Notes under the pieces: model-generated
Database searches by the model: none
Told to the model about the DNA's origin: nothing
The model's input: only the letters and a program-made list of their open reading frames with translations
Shown: piece by piece, positions 1 to 8,072 of the stretch
How the letters are laid out: every line of letters starts with the position of its first letter
Numbering within the stretch: position 1 is the stretch's first letter
Program-made: the position numbers and the translations under genes
NCBI GenBank assembly: GCA_043821645.1
Contig: JBDRCO010000061.1
Location: 1-18,189, forward strand
Length of the DNA: 18,189 nucleotides
Direction of reading: 5' to 3'
Source of the DNA: Pseudomonadota bacterium
GTDB taxonomy: Bacteria; Myxococcota; JACRCW01; JAFGSX01

Positions 1-1424
1 TCGGGCCCGGTGATGAAGGTGACGTCGAGGTCGTTGATGTAGGTACTGCCCAGCGAGGTGCTCAGGTTATAGGCGGGCTCGCTGCCGCCGGTGGTACCAA
101 AGGCGCCGTCGAGCTGGTTGTAGGCCGCGGCCGGCGCCAGCACCTGCACCCCGGCCGCGTTGGGCTGGGAGCCGATGAGAAAGCCCGCGCCGCGCTCCTT
201 GGCGTTGCGAGGCAGGCAGCAATCCCGGGTCCCGCCGTCACATCCTGCGGTCACGCACTGGGCGTCGTAGTCCAGGCCCGAGCAGGGCGTGCCACTGCTG
301 CAGCTCGGCGGCGTGCCTGTCGTCGTCAAGAAGTGCCCCAGGCGCCCGGCGTCGTCGAGAAAGGGCCAGGCCGGGTTGGGTATGGTGTTCTCGTAGGCGT
401 TGACCGCCTGGCATTCGCCGAAGAAGTGCGTGGCATAGCCGAGAAAGGAGCGCACCTCGGCCACCACCTCGTGCCCGTGGTAGGTGAAGGGCTCTCCCTG
501 GCACTCGGCCTGAGTCGCCGGGCAGTTGCCACCGCCGCACTTGACCGTCTCGCGGTCGTTGACGCCCCAGTGCATGCTCATGATCTGGCAGTAGGCCGGC
601 ACCCCGTCGGCGGTGAACAGCTCGCCGTTCTTGTGGTCGGTGTTCGGGGCGTCGCAGGTACCCATCTCGCCCATGATGCTCTCGACGGTCAGCAGGTCGG
701 GATTGGGCGTGCCCGCGCCGCAGGACCCGCACTTGGCGGTGGGGAACTCGTTGCCGTTGGACTGCGGGATGCCGGCCGCGCGCAGGTAGCCGGTGGCGAT
801 GTCTTCGTTGCCGTCGGCGAACACGGCGATGGTCGGCGCTGCCACCATGCGCTTGGCCACGAAGGCATCAAAAGCCGCGGCTGCCCGGTGCACCGTGACC
901 ACCTGGAACTCGCTGCGCTGTGCCCAGGTGTTCGCGGTCCACTGCGCCTGGTCGTTCCACACGTCGATCACGGCCAGCGCTGCGCTCGCCCTGTCCGCCG
1001 CGACGACGAAGGGGCCGCCGCGGTAGCCGTGACCGGCGATCGCTGCGCCCGGCTGCAGTACGCCCTCGCCGTCCCACACCACGGTGCTGTTCACCGTGAA
1101 GTCGGGGGACGCCGTGGGGTAGTGACAGCGGCTCGAGCTGGCATCGGCGCAGGGCCAGGCGCACTCGTCCCCGGCGGTGTCGCAGGGCGCGGCGTGCCAG
1201 GTCTTGCCGGGCTCTATCACCCAGGCCACCTCGACGCCCTGGCGCAGGAGCTGGAACACCAGGCCATAGGCCTGAAACATGCCGTGGTCCTGGTAGGCGA
1301 GGTCCATGGGCACGATCAAGCTGCCCGCCTCGAAGTGCTGCTGCTCCCCGGCGCGCGCTGCAGGTGCGAGGAACCCACCCAGGATCAGGACGAGTGCGGC
1401 AAGGCCTGCTTGGCAGCGTGACAC
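1..1424 (-). CDS. Secreted cysteine-rich protein, N-terminal 474 codons (partial; runs off the left edge). Resembles the N-terminal domain of large myxobacterial surface proteins
   Basis: Absent from the ORF track because it has no stop in the window. Manual translation of the minus frame (codons 1424 down to 3) is open: MSRCQAGLAALVLILGGFLAPAARA|GEQQHFEAGSLIVPMDLAYQDHGMFQAYGLVFQLLRQGVEVAWVI...GYRGGPFVV...FADGNEDIATGYLRAAGIP...YCQIMSMHWG...HFFGECQAVNAYEN...TFITGP. Sec-type signal peptide ending A-R-A. GTG start at 1424 with AGGGGG just upstream; an alternative in-frame ATG lies at 1481. Strong GC3 bias. The family resemblance is from recall, not a search. Confidence 0.85.
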   Translation of the reverse strand, partial: MSRCQAGLAALVLILGGFLAPAARAGEQQHFEAGSLIVPMDLAYQDHGMFQAYGLVFQLLRQGVEVAWVIEPGKTWHAAPCDTAGDECAWPCADASSSRCHYPTASPDFTVNSTVVWDGEGVLQPGAAIAGHGYRGGPFVVAADRASAALAVIDVWNDQAQWTANTWAQRSEFQVVTVHRAAAAFDAFVAKRMVAAPTIAVFADGNEDIATGYLRAAGIPQSNGNEFPTAKCGSCGAGTPNPDLLTVESIMGEMGTCDAPNTDHKNGELFTADGVPAYCQIMSMHWGVNDRETVKCGGGNCPATQAECQGEPFTYHGHEVVAEVRSFLGYATHFFGECQAVNAYENTIPNPAWPFLDDAGRLGHFLTTTGTPPSCSSGTPCSGLDYDAQCVTAGCDGGTRDCCLPRNAKERGAGFLIGSQPNAAGVQVLAPAAAYNQLDGAFGTTGGSEPAYNLSTSLGSTYINDLDVTFITGP

Positions 1425-1855
1425 GAGTCCCCCTGGCGGCAGTTGTGCAGGGCTTTTCAGACGTACCCCAAGGATAGCCATGCGTTGACGTGCTCACAAA
1501 TGACTAGGGCCAAAATGGTCGCCGGCACGACGACCCATCTCGGCCAATGGCAGCCGCCAGCAGCGGTAGAGAGCTCAGCTGGAGTGAAACTGTTGTCGGA
1601 GGCTGCTCCCCCGGCTCTACCAGCCGCCACTGGCAGGCCTGTTCACAACGCTGGGACAGTGCCGCGGGACGAGAGCGAGGCTGGCACTCGACCGGGAGTC
1701 ACCCCGCTTGCGTGCTGGCGGGGGAGGTGGAGCTGTGGCATGGAACAGGGACGGGCCGTGTTGGTCCTGCACCCAGCGGAGTGCTCGGGTGGCAATGTTG
1801 CGGTGCGCGCCTGCGGGGGGCCCGCACCAAGGATCGTCACGAAGGCGTCGGTGCC

Positions 1856-4800
1856 ATGACCGAGCTCACACCGAGCCGTATCGGGCAGTACGAGATCCTC
1901 AAGCGCCTCGCGCGCGGGGGCATGGGTGAGATCTACCTGGCGCGCCAGCTCGGGATCGCGGGTTTCGAGCGCCTTGTCATCGTGAAGACCATGCTGTCGG
2001 ACCTGGCCAGCGAGAGCCACACCGTCGACCAGTTCTTTGACGAGGCGCGGCTGGCCGCCAACCTCAATCACCCCAACGTGGTGTCGACCTTTGAACTGGG
2101 TCGTTCGGAGCAGCGCTACTACATCGCCATGGAATACATCCATGGTGTCAACCTGGCCGAGCTGGAAGCTCAGGTGCGGAGTCGCGGTGCCCGCATCCCG
2201 CCTCGGGTTGGCGCGGCCATGCTGCGGAGCGCAGCCCTGGGCCTGGACTACGCACACCACGCGGTGGACCTGAGCGGGCGTCCCATGCAGGTCGTGCACC
2301 GCGACGTCAGCCCGCAGAACCTGATGGTGCGACTCGACGGCGGCGTCAAGGTTGTCGATTTCGGCATCGCGCACGCCACCAACCGCTTCGTCAAGACCGA
2401 GCACAACGCCATCAAGGGCAAGCTGCTGTACCTGTCACCCGAGCAGGTGCGCGGGGAGCCCCTGACCGAGGCCAGCGATCAGTTCAGCCTGGGCTCGGTG
2501 GCCTGGCGCCTGTTCACCGGGAGTCCTCTGTTCAAGGGCGACAACCCCGGCGAGACCATGTACCGCATCGTGACGGCGCCGGTGCCATCCCTGTGCGAGA
2601 TGGTCGAGGGCTTTCCCGGCGAACTCGACGCGGTCATACAGCGCATGCTTCAGAGGCAGCCACAGGCGCGCTATGCCGATTGCGGCGCGGCAGCCAGGGC
2701 TCTGCAAGCCTACCTGGATGGATCCGGCGGCAATGCCGATCACGAGGTGGCCGACTTCGTTCAGCAGAATGCGGGCACCTTGATCGCGGCGCGCGCCCTG
2801 GTGTCGGCCGGCGATTCCTCGACGATGGCGACCCTGGTGACAGAGACCGCGTCGCTGACGTCAGAGCCCGTGGTCAAGGAAGTCATCCAGGAATCCACAC
2901 TGGTCAACTGTGCGGCCTGCTTGCGCAGCCAGTCGCCGCACAATCTGCGTTGCGAACACTGTGGCGCGCTTCTGATCGGGGACACCTCCACCGGGCCCGT
3001 GGACGGGGTCGATGTCTCGTCGGTCTTCAGGTCGCTGCCTTCGCTCAGTCTCGACGTCATGCGCTCCTCGGTCTCGCAGCGCCCGGAGCTGGCCGCCGAC
3101 GACGGGGACCCCTGGGAGATCCCTGCGACCAAGGTGGATGGCGTGCTGCGCGCCTCGGGTGGCACCAAGCTCAACGAGTTCGGAGAAGCCCTGCAGAGCG
3201 TGGTGCTCGATCTGGGCGCCCAGCAACGCGGTACCCGCGGCGATCCCTCGGAGGCGGCACTGGTGGGACGGAGCGAGGCTGTCAGCCAGGTGCAACAAGC
3301 GCTCGCGCAAGCCCGCGCGGGCACCGCGTGTGGATTGCTCGTGCTGGGCCAGAGCGGCATGGGAAAGACCTTCCTGGCTCGCGAGGTGAACCGGCTGGCT
3401 GTCGAGCAGGGTTTCGCAACCTGCCATGCCATCGCCCTGCGCCGAGGCGTGCCGCTCGCCATGGACCTGTTTCGGCAGTGGGTGATGGGCGTGGCGCTGG
3501 CCTTCGCTCCGGAGCCGCGGAAGCATGGCCTGACCCTGGTCGCCACGGTGGCAGACGCCCTGCAAGCCATGCCGTCCGAGCTCCTCACCCCCTGTCTGCA
3601 GCAGCGCCTGGTGCAACTGTTTGACGGGCTTGGCGGCGAGACCTCGACCACACCCATGGCGCACGCCCAGCGCATGGCCACCGCTGCCGTGCAGTTCCTG
3701 GGGCAGGTCGCGACCCGGCAACCGCTGTTGCTGATCGCCGATGATGTTCACGACGTCGACGAACCCAGCCAGCTGTTGCTGCGGTCTCTGCTCAAGCGGC
3801 TACCGCGTTCCAACCTGTGCGTGCTGGCCACCGGTTTGCCGGGAATCGTCGATGTGATCGCGGACGATCTGCATCGCCTGGAGCTGGAGCCGCTCGACCC
3901 GCAGGACAGCCAGGGGCTCGTCCGGCAGGCGATCGCGGAGCGTGACTGGCCGGCGGGCCTGGACGACGCGGTTGCCCAGGCATCAGGCAATCCCGGTGTG
4001 CTCGCCATGCAGGTACGAGCGCTGATGCTCGAGGGGTACGTCGGCCCACTGCGCAGGCGGGGTCCCAAATCTCTGCACCCGGATCACGCGCTTGGCACCA
4101 TCGAGGGGTGCTCCCACTGGCTGGTGCAACGGCTTGGTCGAACCTCGCTGGAGGTGATGCAGAGCGCAGCCCTGCACGGCTCCGTATTCAGTAGCGAGAT
4201 CCTGATCCGAACCTGTGGTGGCGCCGCGGCCGTGCGGACCGCGCTCGCCGAGGCCGTGCGATTGGGGCTCGTCCATGGGGTGGCGACGGGGGCCGCCGTC
4301 TTCCTGTTCACGCAGAGCAGCTGGCGCCAGTCCTTGCTGGCCACGCTGGCAAGCGAAGCGCGAGAAGGACTCCGGGCCACCTACGCTGTGGAGCTGCACC
4401 GGACTGGCGGTGCCCTCCCTCGAGATGATCTGGAGGTGCTTGCCAGCCTCCCCAGCACCCCCAACACCTTCGATGTACCTACCATGGCACTGCGCGCGCG
4501 GGCGGCGCGGGTCCTGCTCCACCAGGGGATCACCACGCAGGCGCATGGCCATCTCAGCAGCATCCTCGAGCAGGCTGCCCAGGCCTTCTCGGCGTCACAG
4601 CCGGCGACCGGTGAGGCCTGTGACGTGTTGCTCCATGTGGCAGCGCAGGCGGGCCTCATCGATCAGCATCGGGAGCCGGAGCGCGGCAGTGCGGCCATCC
4701 AGCTTGTGCTCGACCTGACGGCGCCCAGCGAGGCACCGCGCGAAAGAGCGCTGGCGCTGTGGTACCTCGCCCAGTGCCATCGCAGTGCACATCGGCGAGC

Positions 4801-5422
4801 CGAGGCGGTGGACGCCATCGAGCAGAGCCAGCTGTGTGCGAGCACCCTGCAGGACCCCGCCCTTCAGGCGACGCTGGACGTCGAGCAAGCCCTGCTGCTG
4901 TGGGCCTCGGGGGAACAGCGCCAGGGGATCTTCCTGCTCGCGGCGGCCCTCGAGAGGCTGGGGCAGGTGCCCATCGGGAACGATGAGACGCTGGCGACGC
5001 GGCAACTGCAGCTGGCGATGGTCTATCGGTTCCTCGCTCGCCTCTACCACCTGCTGGAAAATGACGGGCTGGCCGTGAAGGCGGCCCAGCGGGCACTTGA
5101 GATGGGAATGGCGGCGAGCCAGCTCCACGAGGAAGTGGCTGGTGCTGTGCTGCTGGGCGAGTTCGAGCGCGATAGGGTGCGCGCGGCCACGCTGTTGGAT
5201 GCGACGCTGCAGCGCGTGCAGACCTCGGATGATCCGTGGCTCGGGGCCGAACTCCAGGTGGTCTGTGGACGGGCACTGCAGTCTGTGGAGCCGCGGGCCG
5301 CCGCCGAGCTTTTTTTGCAGGCGCGGGCTGCGGCGGTGCTCAGTGACCGCCGTGACATCTTCACCAGTCGTGGTGGTGACGTCCTCGCTGACCCGACTGC
5401 GACAAGGCTGGCGGTGTTCTGA
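1856..5422 (+). CDS. Hanks-type Ser/Thr protein kinase fused to a zinc ribbon, a P-loop (AAA_16/STAND-like) NTPase and a helical/TPR-like C-terminus (~1188 aa)
   Basis: Kinase motifs ARGGMGEIY, VIVK, HRDVSPQN, DFG, KGKLLYLSPEQ and SDQFSLG. Zn ribbon CAAC-x10-CEHC. LVGR motif, Walker A GQSGMGKT, Walker B LLLIADD, and SGNP. Ala/Leu-rich helical tail. ATG 1856 is preferred over 1547 because the kinase domain begins immediately after it (MTELTPSRIGQYEILKRL). Confidence 0.92.
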   Translation: MTELTPSRIGQYEILKRLARGGMGEIYLARQLGIAGFERLVIVKTMLSDLASESHTVDQFFDEARLAANLNHPNVVSTFELGRSEQRYYIAMEYIHGVNLAELEAQVRSRGARIPPRVGAAMLRSAALGLDYAHHAVDLSGRPMQVVHRDVSPQNLMVRLDGGVKVVDFGIAHATNRFVKTEHNAIKGKLLYLSPEQVRGEPLTEASDQFSLGSVAWRLFTGSPLFKGDNPGETMYRIVTAPVPSLCEMVEGFPGELDAVIQRMLQRQPQARYADCGAAARALQAYLDGSGGNADHEVADFVQQNAGTLIAARALVSAGDSSTMATLVTETASLTSEPVVKEVIQESTLVNCAACLRSQSPHNLRCEHCGALLIGDTSTGPVDGVDVSSVFRSLPSLSLDVMRSSVSQRPELAADDGDPWEIPATKVDGVLRASGGTKLNEFGEALQSVVLDLGAQQRGTRGDPSEAALVGRSEAVSQVQQALAQARAGTACGLLVLGQSGMGKTFLAREVNRLAVEQGFATCHAIALRRGVPLAMDLFRQWVMGVALAFAPEPRKHGLTLVATVADALQAMPSELLTPCLQQRLVQLFDGLGGETSTTPMAHAQRMATAAVQFLGQVATRQPLLLIADDVHDVDEPSQLLLRSLLKRLPRSNLCVLATGLPGIVDVIADDLHRLELEPLDPQDSQGLVRQAIAERDWPAGLDDAVAQASGNPGVLAMQVRALMLEGYVGPLRRRGPKSLHPDHALGTIEGCSHWLVQRLGRTSLEVMQSAALHGSVFSSEILIRTCGGAAAVRTALAEAVRLGLVHGVATGAAVFLFTQSSWRQSLLATLASEAREGLRATYAVELHRTGGALPRDDLEVLASLPSTPNTFDVPTMALRARAARVLLHQGITTQAHGHLSSILEQAAQAFSASQPATGEACDVLLHVAAQAGLIDQHREPERGSAAIQLVLDLTAPSEAPRERALALWYLAQCHRSAHRRAEAVDAIEQSQLCASTLQDPALQATLDVEQALLLWASGEQRQGIFLLAAALERLGQVPIGNDETLATRQLQLAMVYRFLARLYHLLENDGLAVKAAQRALEMGMAASQLHEEVAGAVLLGEFERDRVRAATLLDATLQRVQTSDDPWLGAELQVVCGRALQSVEPRAAAELFLQARAAAVLSDRRDIFTSRGGDVLADPTATRLAVF

Positions 5423-5626
5423 GGTGCATCGCTCGGGACTGGGCTGCCGTGCGTCGCGGCTTTGCCAGGTCCCACCCCAATAGCCCTCCGCAATTCCCGC
5501 AGCTTGGCCGCGCCGACACCTTTTCAAGGGGATGTCCCGGCGGCTCTCGACCCGACAATTACCACCCGCAAAGGTCTGAGTTTCTCGCACTGGAAGTGAC
5601 ACTCCGCGCGGAATGTGTGCCCGATG

Positions 5627-5642
5627 TTCAGTGGTCACTGAA
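5627..5642. promoter_or_regulatory. Perfect inverted repeat TTCAGTG-GT-CACTGAA, candidate transcription-factor operator upstream of the redox operon
   Basis: 7-2-7 palindrome read directly. It lies about 70 bp upstream of the candidate -35 element. The cognate regulator is unknown. Confidence 0.35.
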
Positions 5643-5709
5643 AGTGTCGAGCATCCCCGTTACCGTCCGGAATTTATCGGGATATGACAAATCAATGGGA
5701 CCGAGCTGG

Positions 5710-5737
5710 TTCAAAAGAAGCTCTTCGTGGGTATAAA
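5710..5737 (+). promoter_or_regulatory. Candidate sigma70-type promoter of the hdrCB/Fe-S/flavoprotein operon
   Basis: TTCAAA (5710-5715), a 16-nt spacer, then TATAAA (5732-5737). It sits in the only strongly AT-rich patch of the window (gtataaaaaatttaaatc), about 180 nt before the hdrC start. Confidence 0.45.
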
Positions 5738-5915
5738 AAATTTAAATCGAAAGCCAGCGAGTTCTGCTTGATGTTTTCGTCCCCGGGCCTAGGATGCCCT
5801 CACCTGCCGCAACGAGCAGCGAGACGCCCCCCAGAGACCCCTTCCTCGGTCGCGCCTCGCCCCTGCTGGCGGGTGCGTGGTGCGAAAACGCGTGCCACAG
5901 AGGACAGAGGGAACC

Positions 5916-6323
5916 ATGACGCTGTCTATCTTGCTCAAGGCCCTGCGCGCGGATGCGTTCAGGCGGGTCAACGAGATCTCGGGCCAGAACATTTACCAGT
6001 GCATGCAGTGCGGCACCTGCTCCAGCGTCTGCCCCATGTCTGGCGACATGGAGATCACGCCGCGCCAGGCCATGCTGATGATGCAACACGGGATGATCGA
6101 CGAGGTGGCGGATTCGCGCACTCCGTGGTTGTGCGCGTCCTGCCACAGCTGCCAGGTGCGCTGCCCGCGCGGCATTGAGGTGCCCCGCGTCATGGAGGCG
6201 CTCAGACAGCTCACCCTGCGCGACAACGTGGACCGCATCAACCCGCGGACCATTCCCCAGGACCAGGTGAAGACCCTGCCCCAGATCGCCCTGGTGGCGG
6301 GCTTTCGCAAGATGACGGCGTGA
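5916..6323 (+). CDS. hdrC: Heterodisulfide reductase subunit C-like 2x[4Fe-4S] protein (135 aa)
   Basis: CMQCGTCSSVCP and WLCASCHSCQVRCPRGI ferredoxin motifs, the PRQ motif and the VMEALRQ tail typical of HdrC. SD GAGGGA before ATG 5916. Directly precedes hdrB. Confidence 0.9.
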   Translation: MTLSILLKALRADAFRRVNEISGQNIYQCMQCGTCSSVCPMSGDMEITPRQAMLMMQHGMIDEVADSRTPWLCASCHSCQVRCPRGIEVPRVMEALRQLTLRDNVDRINPRTIPQDQVKTLPQIALVAGFRKMTA

Positions 6324-6331
6324 GGCATGCG

Positions 6332-7213
6332 ATGAAGATCGGTTACTACCCGGGTTGCACGCTCAAGACCAAGGCCAAGAACCTCGAGGATTCGGCGCTG
6401 GCCTCCCTGCAGGCCCTGGGCGTCGAGGTGCAGGAGCTCGAGCGCTGGAACTGCTGCGGCGCGGTGTCCTCGCTCAGCGACGACGACCTGATCCACCAGC
6501 TGGCACCGGTGCGCGACCTGATCCGCGCTCGCGACCAGGGCTGCGACCAGGTCATGACGCTGTGCTCGCAGTGCTTCAACGTGCTCAGGCGCGCCAACAA
6601 CCTGATGCGCGACGACGCCGAGAAGCGCAAGACCCTGAACCTGTTCATGGACGAGGAGGCGGACTACGCCGGCGAGGTCGAGGTGCTGCACTACCTCGAC
6701 CTGCTCGAGCAGCAGGTGGGATGGGACAAGCTGCAGGCCGCGGTGAAGAAGCCCCTCGGTGGCATGAAGGTCGCCCCGTTTTATGGCTGCGCCCTGCTCA
6801 GGCCGCGCGAGGCCGCCCTGGGCGGCGGTTCTCCGGATCAGCTGGAGAAGTTTCTGACCGCCCTGGGCGCCACGCCTGTGGTGTACAGCGGCGAGGATGA
6901 GTGCTGCGGCGCCTACCAGGTGCTGGTGAATCCGGTCGAGGCCACGCGCCAGGCCGGCCGCGTGCTCAAGGGGGCCGAGCAGGGCGGGGCCGAGGCCCTG
7001 GTGCTGAGCTGCCCACTGTGCGAGCACAACCTGGGCAAGCGCCAGGTCGAGCTGGCGGCGGCCGACGGCGAGATCAAACCGCTGCCGGTGCTGTACTTCT
7101 CGCAGCTGCTGGCGGTGGCCCTGGGCCTGGAGCCCGGAGTCAACCACTTCGATCTGAACGCGCCCGTGGTGCGCGACTTTGTGAGCGCGCGCCAGCTGGC
7201 GCCGAACGCCTGA
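6332..7213 (+). CDS. hdrB: Heterodisulfide reductase subunit B-like protein with two CCG domains (293 aa)
   Basis: MKIGYYPGC(9)...WNC(41)C(42)G...C(78)SQC(81) and FYGC(153)...EC(191)C(192)G...SC(227)PLC(230), ending LPVLYFSQLLAVALG. These are two complete Cx31-39CCx33-36CxxC motifs. GAGG precedes ATG 6332. Confidence 0.93.
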   Translation: MKIGYYPGCTLKTKAKNLEDSALASLQALGVEVQELERWNCCGAVSSLSDDDLIHQLAPVRDLIRARDQGCDQVMTLCSQCFNVLRRANNLMRDDAEKRKTLNLFMDEEADYAGEVEVLHYLDLLEQQVGWDKLQAAVKKPLGGMKVAPFYGCALLRPREAALGGGSPDQLEKFLTALGATPVVYSGEDECCGAYQVLVNPVEATRQAGRVLKGAEQGGAEALVLSCPLCEHNLGKRQVELAAADGEIKPLPVLYFSQLLAVALGLEPGVNHFDLNAPVVRDFVSARQLAPNA

Positions 7214-7265
7214 GCGAACCCTTTCGACGATCGCTGATGCAGCGACGCGTGACGAGGTGACACCC

Positions 7266-8009
7266 ATGACGACGGAAGCAACCAGCATGCAGGCGGAGAT
7301 GATCCCCGTCTACATCATGGGCAAGCGCTACTTCGTGCCCGAGGCCCTGACCATCATGAAGGCCATGGAGTATGCCGGGTACAAGTTCATCCGCGGCTGC
7401 GGCTGCCGCGGGGGCATCTGTGGCGCCTGCTCGACGGTGTTCCGCAAGGCTGGCGACTACAAGATCTACAGCGGGCTGGCCTGCCAGACGGTGGTCGAGC
7501 CCGATATGTACCTGACCCAGATCCCCTTCTACCCGGCGCTGCGCATCGGCTACGACTACGACGCCAGCGAGGCGGCGGCCGAGACCATCCACGCCCTGTA
7601 CCCCGAGATCTTCCGCTGCGTGGCGTGCAACGCCTGCACCAAGATTTGCCCCATGGACGTGCAGGTGCTGGACTACATCTCGGCAGCCAAGCGCGGTGAC
7701 ATCGAGGCCGCGGCACACATCAGCTTCGACTGCATCCAGTGTGGTCTGTGTGCCAGCCGCTGCATGGGCGAGATCCCGCAGTACCACATCGCCCAGCTCG
7801 CGCGACGCCTGTACGGCGGCAAGATCGCGCCCCGGGCCGAGCACCTCGAGAAGATGGTCAAGGACATCGCCGCGGAGAAGTACAAAGCGGTGATCGACGA
7901 GCTCAAGGGGCTCAGCGCCGACGAGCTGAAGAAGCTCTACGTCGAGCGCGAGATGGAGCCGTCCATGACCGACGATTCGTGGCGGCCCAAGGCCAACATC
8001 GGTCTGTAG
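7266..8009 (+). CDS. SdhB/FrdB/TfrB-like iron-sulfur subunit ([2Fe-2S] + 2x[4Fe-4S]) (247 aa)
   Basis: [2Fe-2S] motif GCRGGICGAC...LAC, then CVACNACTKICP and CIQCGLCASRC. SD GAGGTG 6 nt before ATG 7266. Immediately upstream of an SdhA/FrdA-family flavoprotein. Confidence 0.88.
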   Translation: MTTEATSMQAEMIPVYIMGKRYFVPEALTIMKAMEYAGYKFIRGCGCRGGICGACSTVFRKAGDYKIYSGLACQTVVEPDMYLTQIPFYPALRIGYDYDASEAAAETIHALYPEIFRCVACNACTKICPMDVQVLDYISAAKRGDIEAAAHISFDCIQCGLCASRCMGEIPQYHIAQLARRLYGGKIAPRAEHLEKMVKDIAAEKYKAVIDELKGLSADELKKLYVEREMEPSMTDDSWRPKANIGL

Positions 8010-8072
8010 CTTTTTGACTTCTGGACTCTGACGGCCCGCCCGTCGACGACGGCGCAGGCACAAGGTGATGCG

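Noticed and set aside
333-1421. Plus-strand 362-aa ORF and the other small ORFs in 238-1497
   Set aside because: Shadow or off-frame products of the real minus-strand gene starting at 1424, which has a signal peptide and coherent codon bias.
1565-1622. tRNA-like look: 7-bp stem, AGCTCAGCTGG, ending in CCA
   Set aside because: Only 58 nt, with no T-loop GTTCRA and no anticodon arm. The CCA is part of the stem rather than a free 3' end. Not a tRNA.
1547-1855. 103-aa N-terminal extension of the kinase ORF
   Set aside because: Its composition is not protein-like (Trp/Cys/Gly-rich, no domain), and the kinase domain starts right after ATG 1856.
5682-5696. Possible FNR box around ATCAA
   Set aside because: Only the ATCAA half-site is present; there is no TTGAT at the 4-nt spacing.
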